Shown: positions 33,646 to 44,116, counted from the stretch's first letter. The stretch: DNA of 51,839 bases from an uncultured Halobacteriales archaeon (GCA_964451065.1 CAYVGY010000001.1:1-51839), one strand, 5' to 3'. Notes: a model not told the origin generated them from the letters alone. Numbers and translations are program-made.

Positions 33646-34422
33646 GTGGGCGCGTTAATATTTGTTGGACTCGGACTGGCCGGCACGCACGACATCACCC
33701 TGCGCGCCATCGAGGCGGTCAAGGAGGTGCACGCAGTCTACGCGGAGTTCTACACGAGCCACTTGATCGGCGCGACCCATTCCCAACTAGAGCGCGCGCT
33801 GGGGAAGCGATTGACCCTCCTGACGCGGGAAGAAGTGGAAGGCGGCTTCGCCAAGGTCCTCGAGCAGGCGAAGGGTCACCGCGTGGCTTTCCTGACGGCC
33901 GGCGACCCGATGACGGCCACCACGCACCAAGAACTGAAGCTGCGCGCCGAGGACCTTGGAATCTCCACGCGCCTCGTGCACGGCGTGAGCATCCAGGTCG
34001 CCGCGGCGGGCGCCGCGGGCCTCCAATCCTACAAGTTCGGCCGGACCACGACGCTGGTCTTCCCCCAGCCGAACTTCAACCCGGTGTCCCCTTATACTGC
34101 GATTCGTGAGAACAAGCGGAGAGGGCTTCACACCTTGGTCCTCCTCGACATCGACGCCGCGAAGAACCGGTACATGTCGGCCAGCGAAGGCGCGCGGCTC
34201 CTCTTAGGCTTGGAGAAGGAAGCCAAAGGCAAGGTCGTCGAGCCTACGACAGAACTCGTGGCGTGCGCCCGGGTTGGCGCCGATGACGAACGGATTCTGG
34301 CGGCCGAGGCGCGGCGCATCGCCGAAACCGACTTCGGCCAGCCTCTCCACTGCCTCATCATCCCCGGCGAGCTGCACTTTGCGGAAGAGCAAGCGCTCGC
34401 CCGCCGGCGCCTGGGCACATAA
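33646..34422 (+). CDS. dph5: Diphthine synthase
   Basis: LIFVGLGLAGTHDITLRAIEAVK...VYAEFYTS...VAFLTAGDPMTATTH...GLQSYKFG...GLHTLVLLDI. Confidence 0.9.
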   Translation: MGALIFVGLGLAGTHDITLRAIEAVKEVHAVYAEFYTSHLIGATHSQLERALGKRLTLLTREEVEGGFAKVLEQAKGHRVAFLTAGDPMTATTHQELKLRAEDLGISTRLVHGVSIQVAAAGAAGLQSYKFGRTTTLVFPQPNFNPVSPYTAIRENKRRGLHTLVLLDIDAAKNRYMSASEGARLLLGLEKEAKGKVVEPTTELVACARVGADDERILAAEARRIAETDFGQPLHCLIIPGELHFAEEQALARRRLGT

Positions 34423-34540
34423 CCGAAGCGCGGCGGTCTCGCGACCACCATCCGGTCCACGGCGCGTGGGTCGGTCGCGGCGCCGCAGGGCTGGCCCTCC
34501 CGGCCCGACGGGGCCCCGCCTCGAGGCGGCCCACGGGGAT

Positions 34541-35377
34541 TCACCCGTAGATGGCCTGGATTCCCAGGATGTCTCCCGTGCCGAGCGTCGACTTGGAATC
34601 GTCGTCGATTGCGATGTAGGGGTACATGGTGAGGCACGCGTTGGCGGACGTCGCGGCGGCGTGGTCGAGGCCAAACACGTGACCAAACTCGTGCGCGGCC
34701 ACGGCCCGCGTGTGGTAATAGCCCGTCCCGATCCCCCAGGACGAGGTCCAGGGCTTGTCGTCGTTGAATTCGATGTCGGTGTCCCGGGCCCATCCGGCCA
34801 CGTAATAGATGATGGTCTGGGCGAGCGTCGAGCTGGAGGCGCCCATGGAAACCCAGCGGATGTGGTTCTGGACGTTGGTGTTGGCCGAGGTGAACCCCTC
34901 GAGATTCAAGATGTACTCGTAGATCGTCGCCGACGTCTCGGTGTCCCACGCACGCGCCGCGTCGATCAGGTCCGTCAATACATAGGCCATCCGCGTCGTG
35001 GGCGCCACGCTATTCTGCTCGTCGCCGCGGCTCGGATTCTGTACGGCGCCCACATAGGGGGCTGGCTGGCGGAAGGGCAGGCGGTTGTATGCGGTGGACG
35101 GGCAGTCCTGGTGCGAGTCGATGGAAGGCCCCGATTCATCCGCGTCCCAACCCTCACAGAGGGTGAAGATGGCGACGCGCGCGTCGGGGTGACCCGGGAC
35201 GGGCCAGTCGGCAACGTGTTCGCTTTCCCCCGGCGCGCAGGACCGTTCGCTTGCGGGGACGAACGCCTCGAGGGGAGGAAAGCCATGGTCGGCGCTGGGG
35301 GCGACGGTCGAAACGCCGCCGGCGGGGAGGGCCGGGAGAAGGATCAGTCCGAGCAGGACGGAAATGGGGGCGCGCAT
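34541..35377 (-). CDS. Secreted zinc metalloprotease, matrixin (M10)-like
   Basis: Signal peptide. AAHEFGHVFGLDH is the HExxHxxGxxH zinc motif. CLTMYPY is a Met-turn. Confidence 0.8.
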   Translation of the reverse strand: MRAPISVLLGLILLPALPAGGVSTVAPSADHGFPPLEAFVPASERSCAPGESEHVADWPVPGHPDARVAIFTLCEGWDADESGPSIDSHQDCPSTAYNRLPFRQPAPYVGAVQNPSRGDEQNSVAPTTRMAYVLTDLIDAARAWDTETSATIYEYILNLEGFTSANTNVQNHIRWVSMGASSSTLAQTIIYYVAGWARDTDIEFNDDKPWTSSWGIGTGYYHTRAVAAHEFGHVFGLDHAAATSANACLTMYPYIAIDDDSKSTLGTGDILGIQAIYG

Positions 35378-35661
35378 GAAGGCCCGGCGTGCTCCCTTTC
35401 GACTTGAGGTTTGGGAGAAGACCGCGCATGGGGCCGATGGGCCGGATGCTGGCCACGTGTCTCGACGGTCGCGCTCGCAGCGGGGGCGCCCTTCGGGCCG
35501 ACCCCACCCGCCGGATGACGCGCGGCGAGCACGGCTCCGTAGTGCCTAAGCGTGGCGGCCCCGCGTGGGCCCGCCTGCGTCGTCCGCCCCCCAGATACGA
35601 ACCAACCCTTATCGGCGACCGCGCCCAGCGTACTCCCGAGACCCGCAGGGAGCGTGGTTTC

Positions 35662-36192
35662 GTGGAAGAAACCCCCACCAAGAAAGGCCCGCACTGGCTC
35701 CGCGACGAACTCCGCAAAGTCGTCGCCGACAGCGAGCGTCGCGTGGCCCACCTGTTCGGTGAGTCCTCCGCGCATCCGCCCGCGGCCCACCCCTGGGTCA
35801 ACGGCTGGTTCGTGCGCGTCGGCCCCGACGGAGTCCCCCGGTTCACCCGGGTCGGCGACCGCCCCGCCGCCACCCTGGCTCTGCCACGCCGACCCTACTG
35901 GACCGCGCGATGCGACACCAAGGACCACATGTTCGAAGTGCGGGTCCTGCTCCCCGGGGCCCGCCGGGACCGCATCGAGGTCGAATCCACGTCAAGGTCC
36001 GTCCGCGTCCGTGCCGCCGGCGTCGGCATCCAGTACGACCTCCAGATTCCCGCCCCGGCACAGATCGACCCCAACACGTGCCACGCCCGCTTCGCCGGCG
36101 GCCTCCTCACGGCCCGCCTGTCCCTGGTGGGGACTCCCCGTCCCCGGAGCCATGGCCACATCCATTACGGCGCCGCCGACTCCGGGACTTGA
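35662..36192 (+). CDS. Hsp20/alpha-crystallin-domain protein (start uncertain)
   Basis: DTKDHMFEVRVLLPGARRDRIEVESTSRSVRVRAAG...YDLQIPAPAQIDPNTCHARFAGGLLTARLSL fits the ACD pattern. Alternative starts are 35515 and 35389. Confidence 0.5.
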   Translation: MEETPTKKGPHWLRDELRKVVADSERRVAHLFGESSAHPPAAHPWVNGWFVRVGPDGVPRFTRVGDRPAATLALPRRPYWTARCDTKDHMFEVRVLLPGARRDRIEVESTSRSVRVRAAGVGIQYDLQIPAPAQIDPNTCHARFAGGLLTARLSLVGTPRPRSHGHIHYGAADSGT

Positions 36193-36251
36193 CGCCGCCG
36201 CGGGCCGCCAAACCCAAAGCCCTTAATTCGACCCCGACGGTATTGCGCCGG

Positions 36252-38405
36252 ATGGGAACCCGCCCCGGCGAACGCGTCGGCATCATCTACGGCGAAGTCG
36301 CCTCGACCCACTTCAAGTTCGCCGCCAGCGACCCCGACGTCAAGCGCCTCGACTACGTGAGCGCCCAACACCCGGCCGGCGTCGCGTTGTGCCAGATCGT
36401 CGATGTCCAGCGTCAAAGCGAACTGAGCTTCGAAGAAGCCGTGAGCTTGGGCGGCCACGGAAGCCTCGCCACCGGCGACCATATGAGCTGCGGCGTCCGC
36501 GTCATCGGCTACCGCGACGAGCGTGGCCTCCTCCAGACGCCCCGCACCCCGTTCAAGGCCGGCACGGAGGTCCGCCGCGCGAGCGCCGACGTCGTCCAAA
36601 AAGTGCTGGGCCTCACGGCCAACCCCGACGAGGGCGTCTACCTGGGCCACCTCAAAGGCACCGACATCCCCGTCGTCCTCGACGCCGAGATCCTCGTCCA
36701 GAAGCACGCCAGCATCCTGGCCAAGACCGGCGCCGGAAAATCCTACGCCGTCGGCGTCATCATCGAAGAACTCCTCAAACGCCGCGTCGCCCTCGTCATC
36801 GTCGACCCCCACGGCGAGTACGGCACCCTCGCCAACCCCAACATCGAACCCAAGGAGGTCGACAACCTCATCCGGTTCCACCTCAAACCCAAATCCTTCG
36901 CGACCAACCTCAAGGAATACGCCCTCGACACCCGCCTTGCCCCCGGTGCCACCAAGCTGGCGCTCGACGGGTCCCACCTCGAGGCCCAAGACATCCTCGA
37001 CCTACTCGGCGGCAAGGCCTCCAGCGCCCAACAAGGCCTCTTGTACCAGGCCATCAACGCCCTTAAGAAGACCAAGCCCTACTACGCGCTCGCCGACATC
37101 ACGGAGGAACTCGGCCGGACGCCGAGCAACGCCAAGTGGCCCCTCATCGCCGCCATCGAGAATCTCCAAGGGACCCAACTCTTCGCCACGCCCCCCACGC
37201 CGCTCACCGACGTCGTCCGTCCCGGCAACGCCACCCTCCTCAACCTCAAGGGAACGCAACCCGAAGTCGCCGAGATCGTCGTGGCCCGCCTTGCGCGCGC
37301 CCTCTTCGACGCCCGCAAACGCGACACCGTGCCGCCCTTCCTCCTCGTCGTCGAGGAAGCACACAACTTCTGCCCCGAACGCGGCCTCGGCGCGGCGCGC
37401 AGCGGCCAAGAACTGCGCACAATCGCGAGCGAAGGCCGCAAGTTCGGCATGGGCCTCCTCATCGTGAGCCAACGCCCGGCCAAGGTCGACAAGAACGTCC
37501 TCTCCCAGTGCAACACCCAGATTATCCTCAAGGTCACCAACCCCAACGACCTCAAGGCCATCACGCACAGCGTGGAAGGCCTCACCGGCGACGCCGCCGA
37601 CGAGATCCAACGCCTCGACACCGGCGTCTCCCTCGTGGCGGGGGGCCGACTCACCGTCCCCATCCTCGTCGAGGTGCGGACACGCCAGACCCGCCACGGC
37701 GGCCGCTCCGTGAGCGTCGTCGTTGACGAGGAGGAAGCCGAGGCCTACGTGACGCAACCGCCGTCTGCCGCCGAGGCGGAGTCCATCGCGCACGAGCCAC
37801 CGCCCGAACCCGACCTTGTCCCCGCGGAACCCGCCGCCTCCGAGCCCCCCGAAGCGGTCGAGGTTGAACCCGTCGACCCCCCCCTGCCGGGACCGGAGCT
37901 CCCCGAGGTCGCCCCGCCCGGCCCGCAGCGCAAGCAGCTCCGGCCGGCCTCCGCCGATCTCTCCACCAAGGCGCCGTGGGGTCCGCAGGTTGAGCTCGAG
38001 GAACAACCCGAACCCCCCCTCAAGGGTCCCGCCCCGCCACCCCGGGGGCCGCTTGCGCCCCGGCCGGCCCCGGAGCGCCCACCAGAACCGACCCCGCCCG
38101 TGGACGTGGGCCCGGTCTTCGAACCCGAAGACATGGCTGTCCACCGCGTCCTGACCCGCATCGGATACGAAGGGGCACGCAACGCGCGCGAGGGCGTCCT
38201 CAAGGTGAAGGAGCTCGCCCGGTCCGTCGCCCTCATGGATCCCGACGCATACGTCCACGCCTTTGCCCGCATCGCCAAGACCTACTGCTTCCCCTCGCTG
38301 CCCGAATGCGGACCGTGTCCGCTTCGGCACCAATGCAAGATGGGGCTCCGGCGCCTCGCCCTGGGCGAGGTCCGCGACGGCCGCTGGGGCACACGGCGGA
38401 CCTAG
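36252..38405 (+). CDS. HerA/DUF87-type ATPase fused via Pro-rich linker to an endonuclease-III-like C-terminal [4Fe-4S] cluster-loop segment
   Basis: [11 protein letters not shown] is Walker A and [11 protein letters not shown] is Walker [18 protein letters not shown] and the N-terminal barrel region are HerA-like. A linker of about 140 aa is P/E-rich. The C-terminus [10 protein letters not shown]...[27 protein letters not shown] has C-X6-C-X2-C-X5-C at 38286-38336. TATA-like ccttaattc about 30 nt upstream. Confidence 0.8.
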   Translation: MGTRPGERVGIIYGEVASTHFKFAASDPDVKRLDYVSAQHPAGVALCQIVDVQRQSELSFEEAVSLGGHGSLATGDHMSCGVRVIGYRDERGLLQTPRTPFKAGTEVRRASADVVQKVLGLTANPDEGVYLGHLKGTDIPVVLDAEILVQKHASILAKTGAGKSYAVGVIIEELLKRRVALVIVDPHGEYGTLANPNIEPKEVDNLIRFHLKPKSFATNLKEYALDTRLAPGATKLALDGSHLEAQDILDLLGGKASSAQQGLLYQAINALKKTKPYYALADITEELGRTPSNAKWPLIAAIENLQGTQLFATPPTPLTDVVRPGNATLLNLKGTQPEVAEIVVARLARALFDARKRDTVPPFLLVVEEAHNFCPERGLGAARSGQELRTIASEGRKFGMGLLIVSQRPAKVDKNVLSQCNTQIILKVTNPNDLKAITHSVEGLTGDAADEIQRLDTGVSLVAGGRLTVPILVEVRTRQTRHGGRSVSVVVDEEEAEAYVTQPPSAAEAESIAHEPPPEPDLVPAEPAASEPPEAVEVEPVDPPLPGPELPEVAPPGPQRKQLRPASADLSTKAPWGPQVELEEQPEPPLKGPAPPPRGPLAPRPAPERPPEPTPPVDVGPVFEPEDMAVHRVLTRIGYEGARNAREGVLKVKELARSVALMDPDAYVHAFARIAKTYCFPSLPECGPCPLRHQCKMGLRRLALGEVRDGRWGTRRT

Positions 38406-40714
38406 CGGCCGCGCTGCGCCACGCGCCGGATCGCCGGCGAACGGGTCTCCGCCGGCTTCTGCGCGTCCACGACGCAGATGGCCGCCATGTTCACGATGTC
38501 CTCGACCTCGTCGCCCCGCTGGAGGATGTGACAGGGCTTGGCCATCCCTTCGAGAATAGGGCCCACCGTGTGGGCATCCGCGAGGCGCTGCAGCAGCTTG
38601 TAAGCGGTATTGGCCGCTTCCAGACTCGGAAAGACCAGGACATTGGCTGGCTCCTTCAACTTGCTGAACGGGAACGACTCACGCAGGAGCTCCGGCACGA
38701 TGGCGCTGTCGGCCTGCATCTCCCCGTCCACCATCAACGTGGGATCTCGCTCTTGCACACGTCGCGTGGCGGCGGCGACCTTGAGCGAGAAGGGGTGCCG
38801 GCTTGACCCAAAATTGCTGAAGCTCAGCATCGCCACGCGCGGCTCGACATCGAACTTGCGCGCCACGCGGGCCGCCGCCAGCGCGATTTCAACGAGGTCC
38901 TCCTCGCTCGGATCGATGTTCACGGTCGCGTCTGCGAGGAACAGCACGCGATCGGGGAAAGCCTGCATGTAACAACCGACGACCTTGTGCGCCCCCGGCT
39001 TCACGCCAATCACTTCGAGCGCAGGCCGCAACGCGTCCTGGTAGTGGAAACCGATGCCGCTGATGAGGCCGTCCGCTTCACCCATCTCGACCATCATGGC
39101 GCCGAAGTAGTTCCGGTTCCGCAGCAGTTCGCGGGCCTCCTGCTGGGTGACCCCTTTGCGGGCCCGCTTGGCCGCCAGGTGGTCGACGTAGTTCTTCATG
39201 CGCTCCGTGAAGACCTCGGCCCACGGGTCGACGCCATCGTATTCGAAGTCGAGGCCGAGCTCTCGCCGCTTCTGATCGATGAGGTTGAGGTCGCCCAAGA
39301 GGATGGGGCGGGCGATCTTCTCGTCATGCAGGACCTGGCAGGCGCGGAGAACTTTTTCGTGCATCCCCTCGGCGAACACGATCCGTTTCGGGTTCGCCTT
39401 GGCCTTGTTGAGGATGATCCGCATCATCTCGTATTCCTTGCCGAGGCGGGCCTCGAGGTCTTCGCGGTACTTGGCGAGGTCGATCTTCTTTCGAGCGACT
39501 CCGGTCGCCATGGCGGCCCCCGCGACGGCCGGTGCCACCCACAGGAGAACCCGCGGGTCGAGCGGCTTCGGGATGAGGTAATGCGCGCCGAACCGGATGG
39601 GTTCGCCCCCGTAGGCGTTGATGACGCTGTCCGGAACGTCCTCGCGCGCCAAGGCAGCCAACGCCTTGACCGCCGCCATCTTCATCTCGTCGTTGATCTG
39701 GCGCGAGCGCACGTCGAGCGCTCCGCGGAAGATGAAGGGGAACCCCAACACGTTGTTCACCTGGTTGGGGTAATCGCTGCGACCCGTGGCCATGATGATG
39801 TCGGGGCGCGCCGCCGTGGCAGCCTCGTACGTAATCTCGGGGTCCGGGTTGGCCAGCGCGAACACGATGGGTCGGTCCGCCATGGACCGGATCATGGACG
39901 CGTCCACAATGTTGGGGGCGGAGAGACCCATGAATACGTCGGCCCCTTTCATGGCGTCCGCGAGCGTCCGCGCCTTCGTGGTGCGCGCGTAGGCTTCCTT
40001 GTAGGGGTTCATGTTCTCTTTGCGGTCCTTGTAGACGACGCCCATCGTGTCCGTGAGCGTGATGTTTTCTCGGCGGACGCCAATCTGGACGTACATGTTG
40101 GCGCTCGCGATGCCGGCCGCGCCGGCGCCGGAGACGACGACGCGCACGTCCTTCGGCTTCTTGCCGACGACCTCGAGCGCGTTGAGGAGCGCGGCGGTCG
40201 TGATGATCGCGGTGCCGTGCTGGTCGTCATGGAAGACCGGGATGTCCATCGACTGCTTGAGCTTCTCCTCCACGTAGAAGCACTCGGGGGCCTTGATGTC
40301 CTCCAGGTTGATCCCGCCGAACGTGGGCTCGAGCGCTTTCACGATCTTGACGAGCCGATCGGGGTCCTTCTCGGCCACCTCGACGTCGAAGACGTTGATG
40401 TCCGCGAACCGCTTGAAGAGGATGCCTTTGCCTTCCATCACTGGTTTGCCGGCCTGGGGCCCGATGTCGCCAAGACCCAGGACCGCCGTCCCATTCGTGA
40501 TCACGCCCACCAGGTTGTCCTTCGTGGTGTAGCGGTACGCGAGGTCGGGGTCCTTCTCGATCTCCCGACAAGGTTCCGCCACGCCGGGCGTGTAGGCCAG
40601 CGCGAGGTCGCGCTGGGTGACGGCGGGCTTGGTGGGCCGCACCTCGATCTTGCCGTGGGGCGTGCGGGAATGGTATTCCAGCGCTTCCTCCCTGGAGACC
40701 TGGACGTGCTTCAT
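38402..40714 (-). CDS. maeB: NADP-dependent malic enzyme, MaeB type (malic enzyme + PTA-like domain)
   Basis: 770 aa. [43 protein letters not shown] and VVSGAGAAG, plus a C-terminal phosphotransacetylase-like half. Confidence 0.9.
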   Translation of the reverse strand: MKHVQVSREEALEYHSRTPHGKIEVRPTKPAVTQRDLALAYTPGVAEPCREIEKDPDLAYRYTTKDNLVGVITNGTAVLGLGDIGPQAGKPVMEGKGILFKRFADINVFDVEVAEKDPDRLVKIVKALEPTFGGINLEDIKAPECFYVEEKLKQSMDIPVFHDDQHGTAIITTAALLNALEVVGKKPKDVRVVVSGAGAAGIASANMYVQIGVRRENITLTDTMGVVYKDRKENMNPYKEAYARTTKARTLADAMKGADVFMGLSAPNIVDASMIRSMADRPIVFALANPDPEITYEAATAARPDIIMATGRSDYPNQVNNVLGFPFIFRGALDVRSRQINDEMKMAAVKALAALAREDVPDSVINAYGGEPIRFGAHYLIPKPLDPRVLLWVAPAVAGAAMATGVARKKIDLAKYREDLEARLGKEYEMMRIILNKAKANPKRIVFAEGMHEKVLRACQVLHDEKIARPILLGDLNLIDQKRRELGLDFEYDGVDPWAEVFTERMKNYVDHLAAKRARKGVTQQEARELLRNRNYFGAMMVEMGEADGLISGIGFHYQDALRPALEVIGVKPGAHKVVGCYMQAFPDRVLFLADATVNIDPSEEDLVEIALAAARVARKFDVEPRVAMLSFSNFGSSRHPFSLKVAAATRRVQERDPTLMVDGEMQADSAIVPELLRESFPFSKLKEPANVLVFPSLEAANTAYKLLQRLADAHTVGPILEGMAKPCHILQRGDEVEDIVNMAAICVVDAQKPAETRSPAIRRVAQRGR

Positions 40715-40761
40715 GGCGGACCGCGCGGGGTACGCGGGGTGCGCGATTTATGCATATCGCG

Positions 40762-41205
40762 TCACCCAGTGATGGGCCCCCGGGCGAGTTGGCGCAAGCC
40801 GCCGCCCACGAGGGTCGCGCCGACGCCGAGGAACGAGGTCCAGATGAGCGCGCCCGAGAGTCCTTCGTCTTCCGGGCACCCTGGCACGCCGTCGCACGCG
40901 GTGCCCGTGAAGTAGACGACGCGCGTCAGGACGGCCAGCGAGAGGAACACGACGAGCGCGGCCAGCCAGAGACGAGGGGCGAAGAGCCCGAGCACGAACA
41001 GGAGCGCGAGCGCCGCGTAACCGAACCAGTCGGGGGCGCCGCCGGCGAGGCCCGTCTTGGCGCCGAACCAGGCACCGACCAGGACCATGCCGGCGATGAG
41101 CGTGGCCCCGTCCCCTCGGGCGGACCTCCGATCGAAGACGGGCAGCGTGCGCGCGCGGATTCCTGGGACGCGCCGCCGTGCATCTCCAGGGGACGGCGAG
41201 GTCAT
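40762..41205 (-). CDS. Hypothetical membrane protein (about 147 aa)
   Basis: The ATG at 41205 overlaps the upstream stop (ATGA). 3-4 hydrophobic segments. Track start 41301 would overlap the PCD gene. Confidence 0.5.
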   Translation of the reverse strand: MTSPSPGDARRRVPGIRARTLPVFDRRSARGDGATLIAGMVLVGAWFGAKTGLAGGAPDWFGYAALALLFVLGLFAPRLWLAALVVFLSLAVLTRVVYFTGTACDGVPGCPEDEGLSGALIWTSFLGVGATLVGGGLRQLARGPITG

Positions 41206-41480
41206 CGGAGGGTCTTTGGCCGGTAGCGGTGCGCGATGGCCGCGATGCTCGATACGAGCTTCTCGTCCCGGCTCGTCACCCGGTTTTCGTCGTGGCTCCA
41301 TACCTCGAACCGCACCTCGTTCCAGTGCACCGCGAAGTCAGGGTGGTGCTGGTGGGCCTCGGCGTGGAGCGCCACCTCGTTGAGGAACCCCATTGCCTGG
41401 GCGAAGTCGCGGAACCGGTACGCGGCCACGAGGCGCCCATCAGATTGGGTCCACCCCTTGGGATATCGTGTGCTCGCCAT
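41202..41480 (-). CDS. Pterin-4-alpha-carbinolamine dehydratase (PCD/DCoH)
   Basis: 92 aa. W......L...Y.F.DF..AMGFLNEVALHAEAHQHHPDF...WN.V is the PCD signature. Confidence 0.85.
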   Translation of the reverse strand: MASTRYPKGWTQSDGRLVAAYRFRDFAQAMGFLNEVALHAEAHQHHPDFAVHWNEVRFEVWSHDENRVTSRDEKLVSSIAAIAHRYRPKTLR

Positions 41481-41570
41481 GCGGATCCGAGAAGAAACAT
41501 CGCCGCGGCCTGCAAAAACCCATCGCAGGCGTCAGGCAGGTTAAAGTCGTCGGTTGGAATCCGCCACGTC

Positions 41571-42374
41571 GTGGCGCGCTCCCGCGGACACCCCGACGTT
41601 TTCCGGCTTCGCGGTCGGGTCGCGGTGGTGACGGGCGGGACGCGCGGCATTGGACGCGCCGTGGCCGAACGACTAGCGTCGGTGGGGGCCCGCGTCGTCG
41701 TCTCGTCCCGTCGGAGCCGCGACTGCGAACGCCAAGCCAAGCGGCTCGACGAAAGATTCGGCGGGCCCAGCCTTGGCGTCGCGTGCGACGTATCGGACCC
41801 CGCGAGCGTCCGCCGGATGTTCGGCACCATCCGCGCCTGGCGGAAAGGACCCGTGGCGGCGCTCGCCAACGTGGCCGGGTACCCTGTGGAGGCCCGCCTC
41901 TGGGACACGCGGTTGGACCGGCTGCGGCCGGACGAGGTCGTGGAGGGTTTCGCACGCGTGGCCGACGTGGACCTGCGCGGGAGCCGCCTCTGCACGTATT
42001 GGGCGCTCAAGGACATGGTGCGGGCGCGCGCCGGAAGCATCGTGTACGTGTCCTCCTCGCCCGCCCTCTCGGGCTACAAGGGCACGGCGTACACGGAAGC
42101 CAAGGCCGCCGTCCTGGGCCTGATGCGCGACATCGCCCGGGAATATGGACCGCAGGGGATTCGGGCCAACGCCATCCTGCCCGGAAACATCCGCACGGAG
42201 TGGCTCGGCCAGCTCACGAAGGCGGAACGGCGCGCCCTGGAGAAGGAGAACCCGTTGCGACGGTTCGGGGAGCCCCAGGAAGTTGCCGACCTCGTCCTGT
42301 TCTTGTTGAGCCAGCAATCGAGTTTCGTGACGGGCCAGGCCATCGTGGTGGATGGCGGGACCGTCAGCCACTGA
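41571..42374 (+). CDS. Short-chain dehydrogenase/reductase (FabG-like)
   Basis: VAVVTGGTRGIGRAVA is TGxxxGxG. YKGTAYTEAK is the YxxxK motif, and NAILPG is present. GTG 41571 has a TATA-like gttaaag about 27 nt upstream. Confidence 0.85.
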   Translation: MARSRGHPDVFRLRGRVAVVTGGTRGIGRAVAERLASVGARVVVSSRRSRDCERQAKRLDERFGGPSLGVACDVSDPASVRRMFGTIRAWRKGPVAALANVAGYPVEARLWDTRLDRLRPDEVVEGFARVADVDLRGSRLCTYWALKDMVRARAGSIVYVSSSPALSGYKGTAYTEAKAAVLGLMRDIAREYGPQGIRANAILPGNIRTEWLGQLTKAERRALEKENPLRRFGEPQEVADLVLFLLSQQSSFVTGQAIVVDGGTVSH

Positions 42375-42383
42375 GGCCGACCC

Positions 42384-42722
42384 ATGGATCTTGCTGCCTT
42401 TGAGGCCAAGGTGCGCGATTGTCTCGACGCCGCGCGCGAAACCTTGGGGCGCATCGAGATGGAGGTGCGTGAACACGGCGACGATTCCGCCCTCATGGAA
42501 GCGAGCCGCGTGTACGCGCAGTTCTGCCTTCTCGCGCGCGAGTTCGTTTTCTCGGCGAGCCAACGGCGGCCCGCGCCGAAGCGTTTCGCGCGCGCCCTGG
42601 CCGGCCCCTTGGAGCAGCTGGGGCCGCTCGCCGGCGTGGTGGGTGAACGCGGCCTGCGGCCCTCGGTAGAAGAAATCGTGGCGCTGCGCGGCGATGCCGA
42701 GGCGCTGCCGCCCCAGGCCTGA
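42384..42722 (+). CDS. Hypothetical protein (112 aa)
   Basis: ATG start 10 nt after the SDR stop. Helical-looking sequence with no recognised motif. Confidence 0.45.
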   Translation: MDLAAFEAKVRDCLDAARETLGRIEMEVREHGDDSALMEASRVYAQFCLLAREFVFSASQRRPAPKRFARALAGPLEQLGPLAGVVGERGLRPSVEEIVALRGDAEALPPQA

Positions 42723-42781
42723 GGTTTCGTCGGGCAAGCCGCTTATACTATGCCATCGATTAGCACGCGGAGGTTGTTCGG

Positions 42782-43207
42782 TTGACGACCACGGTACGTT
42801 GTTGCACAGTCCCCTTGGCAAACAAGCCGGGGCAACTTGCGGAAGTGACGCGGGCGCTCGCGGACGAGAAGATCAACATCGAGGCCTTCGAGAGCGAAGG
42901 CCTTGGCGAGGTCGGGTACGTCCGGCTCTACACGAGCGACGCCGACAAGACGGAGAATATCCTGCGCAAGAAAGGGTTTGCCTGCATCGGGACGCAGCTC
43001 GTCGAGGCGACGCTCCCGAACCGGCCGGGGGAACTCACGAAGGTGTGCCGCGCCCTCGCGGAGGCGGACATCAACATCGAGAGCTGTTTCGGGACGGCGG
43101 GAACAGGACCCGGCGAAGGCCGTATCCTGCTGCGCGTGAGCGACGCCGCCCGCGCCCGAAAGGTCATCGACGAGACCACGCGCCGGCCCACGGCGGTCGC
43201 CCGGTAG
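42782..43207 (+). CDS. Tandem ACT-domain protein
   Basis: Two repeats of the ACT pattern: VPLANKPGQLAEVTRALADEKINIEAF and ATLPNRPGELTKVCRALAEADINIESC. TTG start with a TATA-like cttatacta upstream. Confidence 0.75.
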   Translation: MTTTVRCCTVPLANKPGQLAEVTRALADEKINIEAFESEGLGEVGYVRLYTSDADKTENILRKKGFACIGTQLVEATLPNRPGELTKVCRALAEADINIESCFGTAGTGPGEGRILLRVSDAARARKVIDETTRRPTAVAR

Positions 43208-43231
43208 GTCGCCGCTCCAGCAGGCCACGCC

Positions 43232-43276
43232 AACGTCCAGCGGAGCCGCCGATTCCACGGTCATCCGCTGGACGTT
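43232..43276 (+). terminator. Hairpin with 13-bp perfect stem (AACGTCCAGCGGA / TCCGCTGGACGTT), 19-nt loop
   Basis: Starts 25 nt after the ACT-gene stop, and the stem ends in TTT. Confidence 0.4.
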
Positions 43277-43310
43277 TCTGTGCGAAACGTTCGAGGTTTG
43301 CAGCAACACG

Positions 43311-43320
43311 TTTTTATAAT
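43311..43320 (+). promoter_or_regulatory. TATA-like TTTTTATAAT
   Basis: Centred about 25 nt upstream of the GTG at 43341. Confidence 0.45.
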
Positions 43321-43340
43321 CCCTAGGTGTCGGCGCGGAC

Positions 43341-43724
43341 GTGGCATCCAAGAAGCCGGCCCAGGACAGGCGCGAAGCGGTCGTCCGCTTCGAACAACGC
43401 CTGGCCGAACTCGAACTGGAACTCGAGGCGCTCGAAAAGGAGCGCCAGATGGTCCAGACGGAACTCGAGACCCTGCGCCGCGAACTCACGATCTGCCCCA
43501 AGTGCGGCCGCGACAAGGCCTTCCTCACCGACGAGGGCGGCGTCCTCATCCACGTCCTCGAGGACCCCGACGACACGGAATTGCTCAGCCCCGGCAAGCC
43601 GCTCTACTGCCCCACCTGCGGCGAGGTGTTCCTCTACGCGGGGCCCGTGCCGGCCACGCCCGTGAAACTGCCTCCGATTCGGACCCCCACGCCCCGCGTG
43701 CGGGCGGTGCACCGGCAGGCCTAG
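43341..43724 (+). CDS. Coiled-coil + zinc-ribbon protein
   Basis: The N-terminus LAELELELEALEKERQMVQTELETLRREL is followed by CPKC...(38 aa)...CPTC. Confidence 0.55.
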   Translation: MASKKPAQDRREAVVRFEQRLAELELELEALEKERQMVQTELETLRRELTICPKCGRDKAFLTDEGGVLIHVLEDPDDTELLSPGKPLYCPTCGEVFLYAGPVPATPVKLPPIRTPTPRVRAVHRQA

Positions 43725-44059
43725 AACTCTCCCAACCACTCGAGCTCTTCGTAGTGGAAGTGGCCCCGCGCGGGCGAAGCCTTCGTCTCAGGGTAGAGTC
43801 GGTGGTAGAAATCCTCCAACCGTTCCAGGACGGGGCGACTTGACCGCGGCACTTCGAGATCGCCATTCCCCGTGCCCGCCTTCGTCGCCCCCGATGTGGC
43901 GAGGACGCGGTCGACCAGCGCCTTGACGTCTTCAGGCGTGGCGTTCGCGTTCGCGAGGACCGGGACGGGCTGCGGCAACCCGGCCCCCGTCCACGCATTC
44001 TCCACGGCCGACCTCGCCACGGCGCCCTCCGGATACTCGACCTCGAACAAAATGTACAT
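43721..44059 (-). CDS. Hypothetical protein (112 aa)
   Basis: Only the 3' 112 codons of track ORF 43721-45526 are taken as coding. MYILFEVEYPEGAVARSAVENAW... has normal composition. Confidence 0.5.
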   Translation of the reverse strand: MYILFEVEYPEGAVARSAVENAWTGAGLPQPVPVLANANATPEDVKALVDRVLATSGATKAGTGNGDLEVPRSSRPVLERLEDFYHRLYPETKASPARGHFHYEELEWLGEF

Positions 44060-44116
44060 GCGGCCGCCCTGGAGTGTACAACAAACGGCTACAAAGCTTA
44101 TATTCTGACGGGTGTC

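Noticed and set aside
35389-35661. Long N-terminal extension of the Hsp20-like gene (track start 35389)
   Set aside because: It would overlap the divergent protease start and give a 267-aa sHSP with an Arg/Pro-rich leader. The GTG at 35662 gives a typical sHSP length, but the start remains uncertain.
38987-40915. 642-aa plus-strand ORF
   Set aside because: It is antisense to the unmistakable MaeB-type malic enzyme, and its composition is typical of a GC-rich shadow frame.
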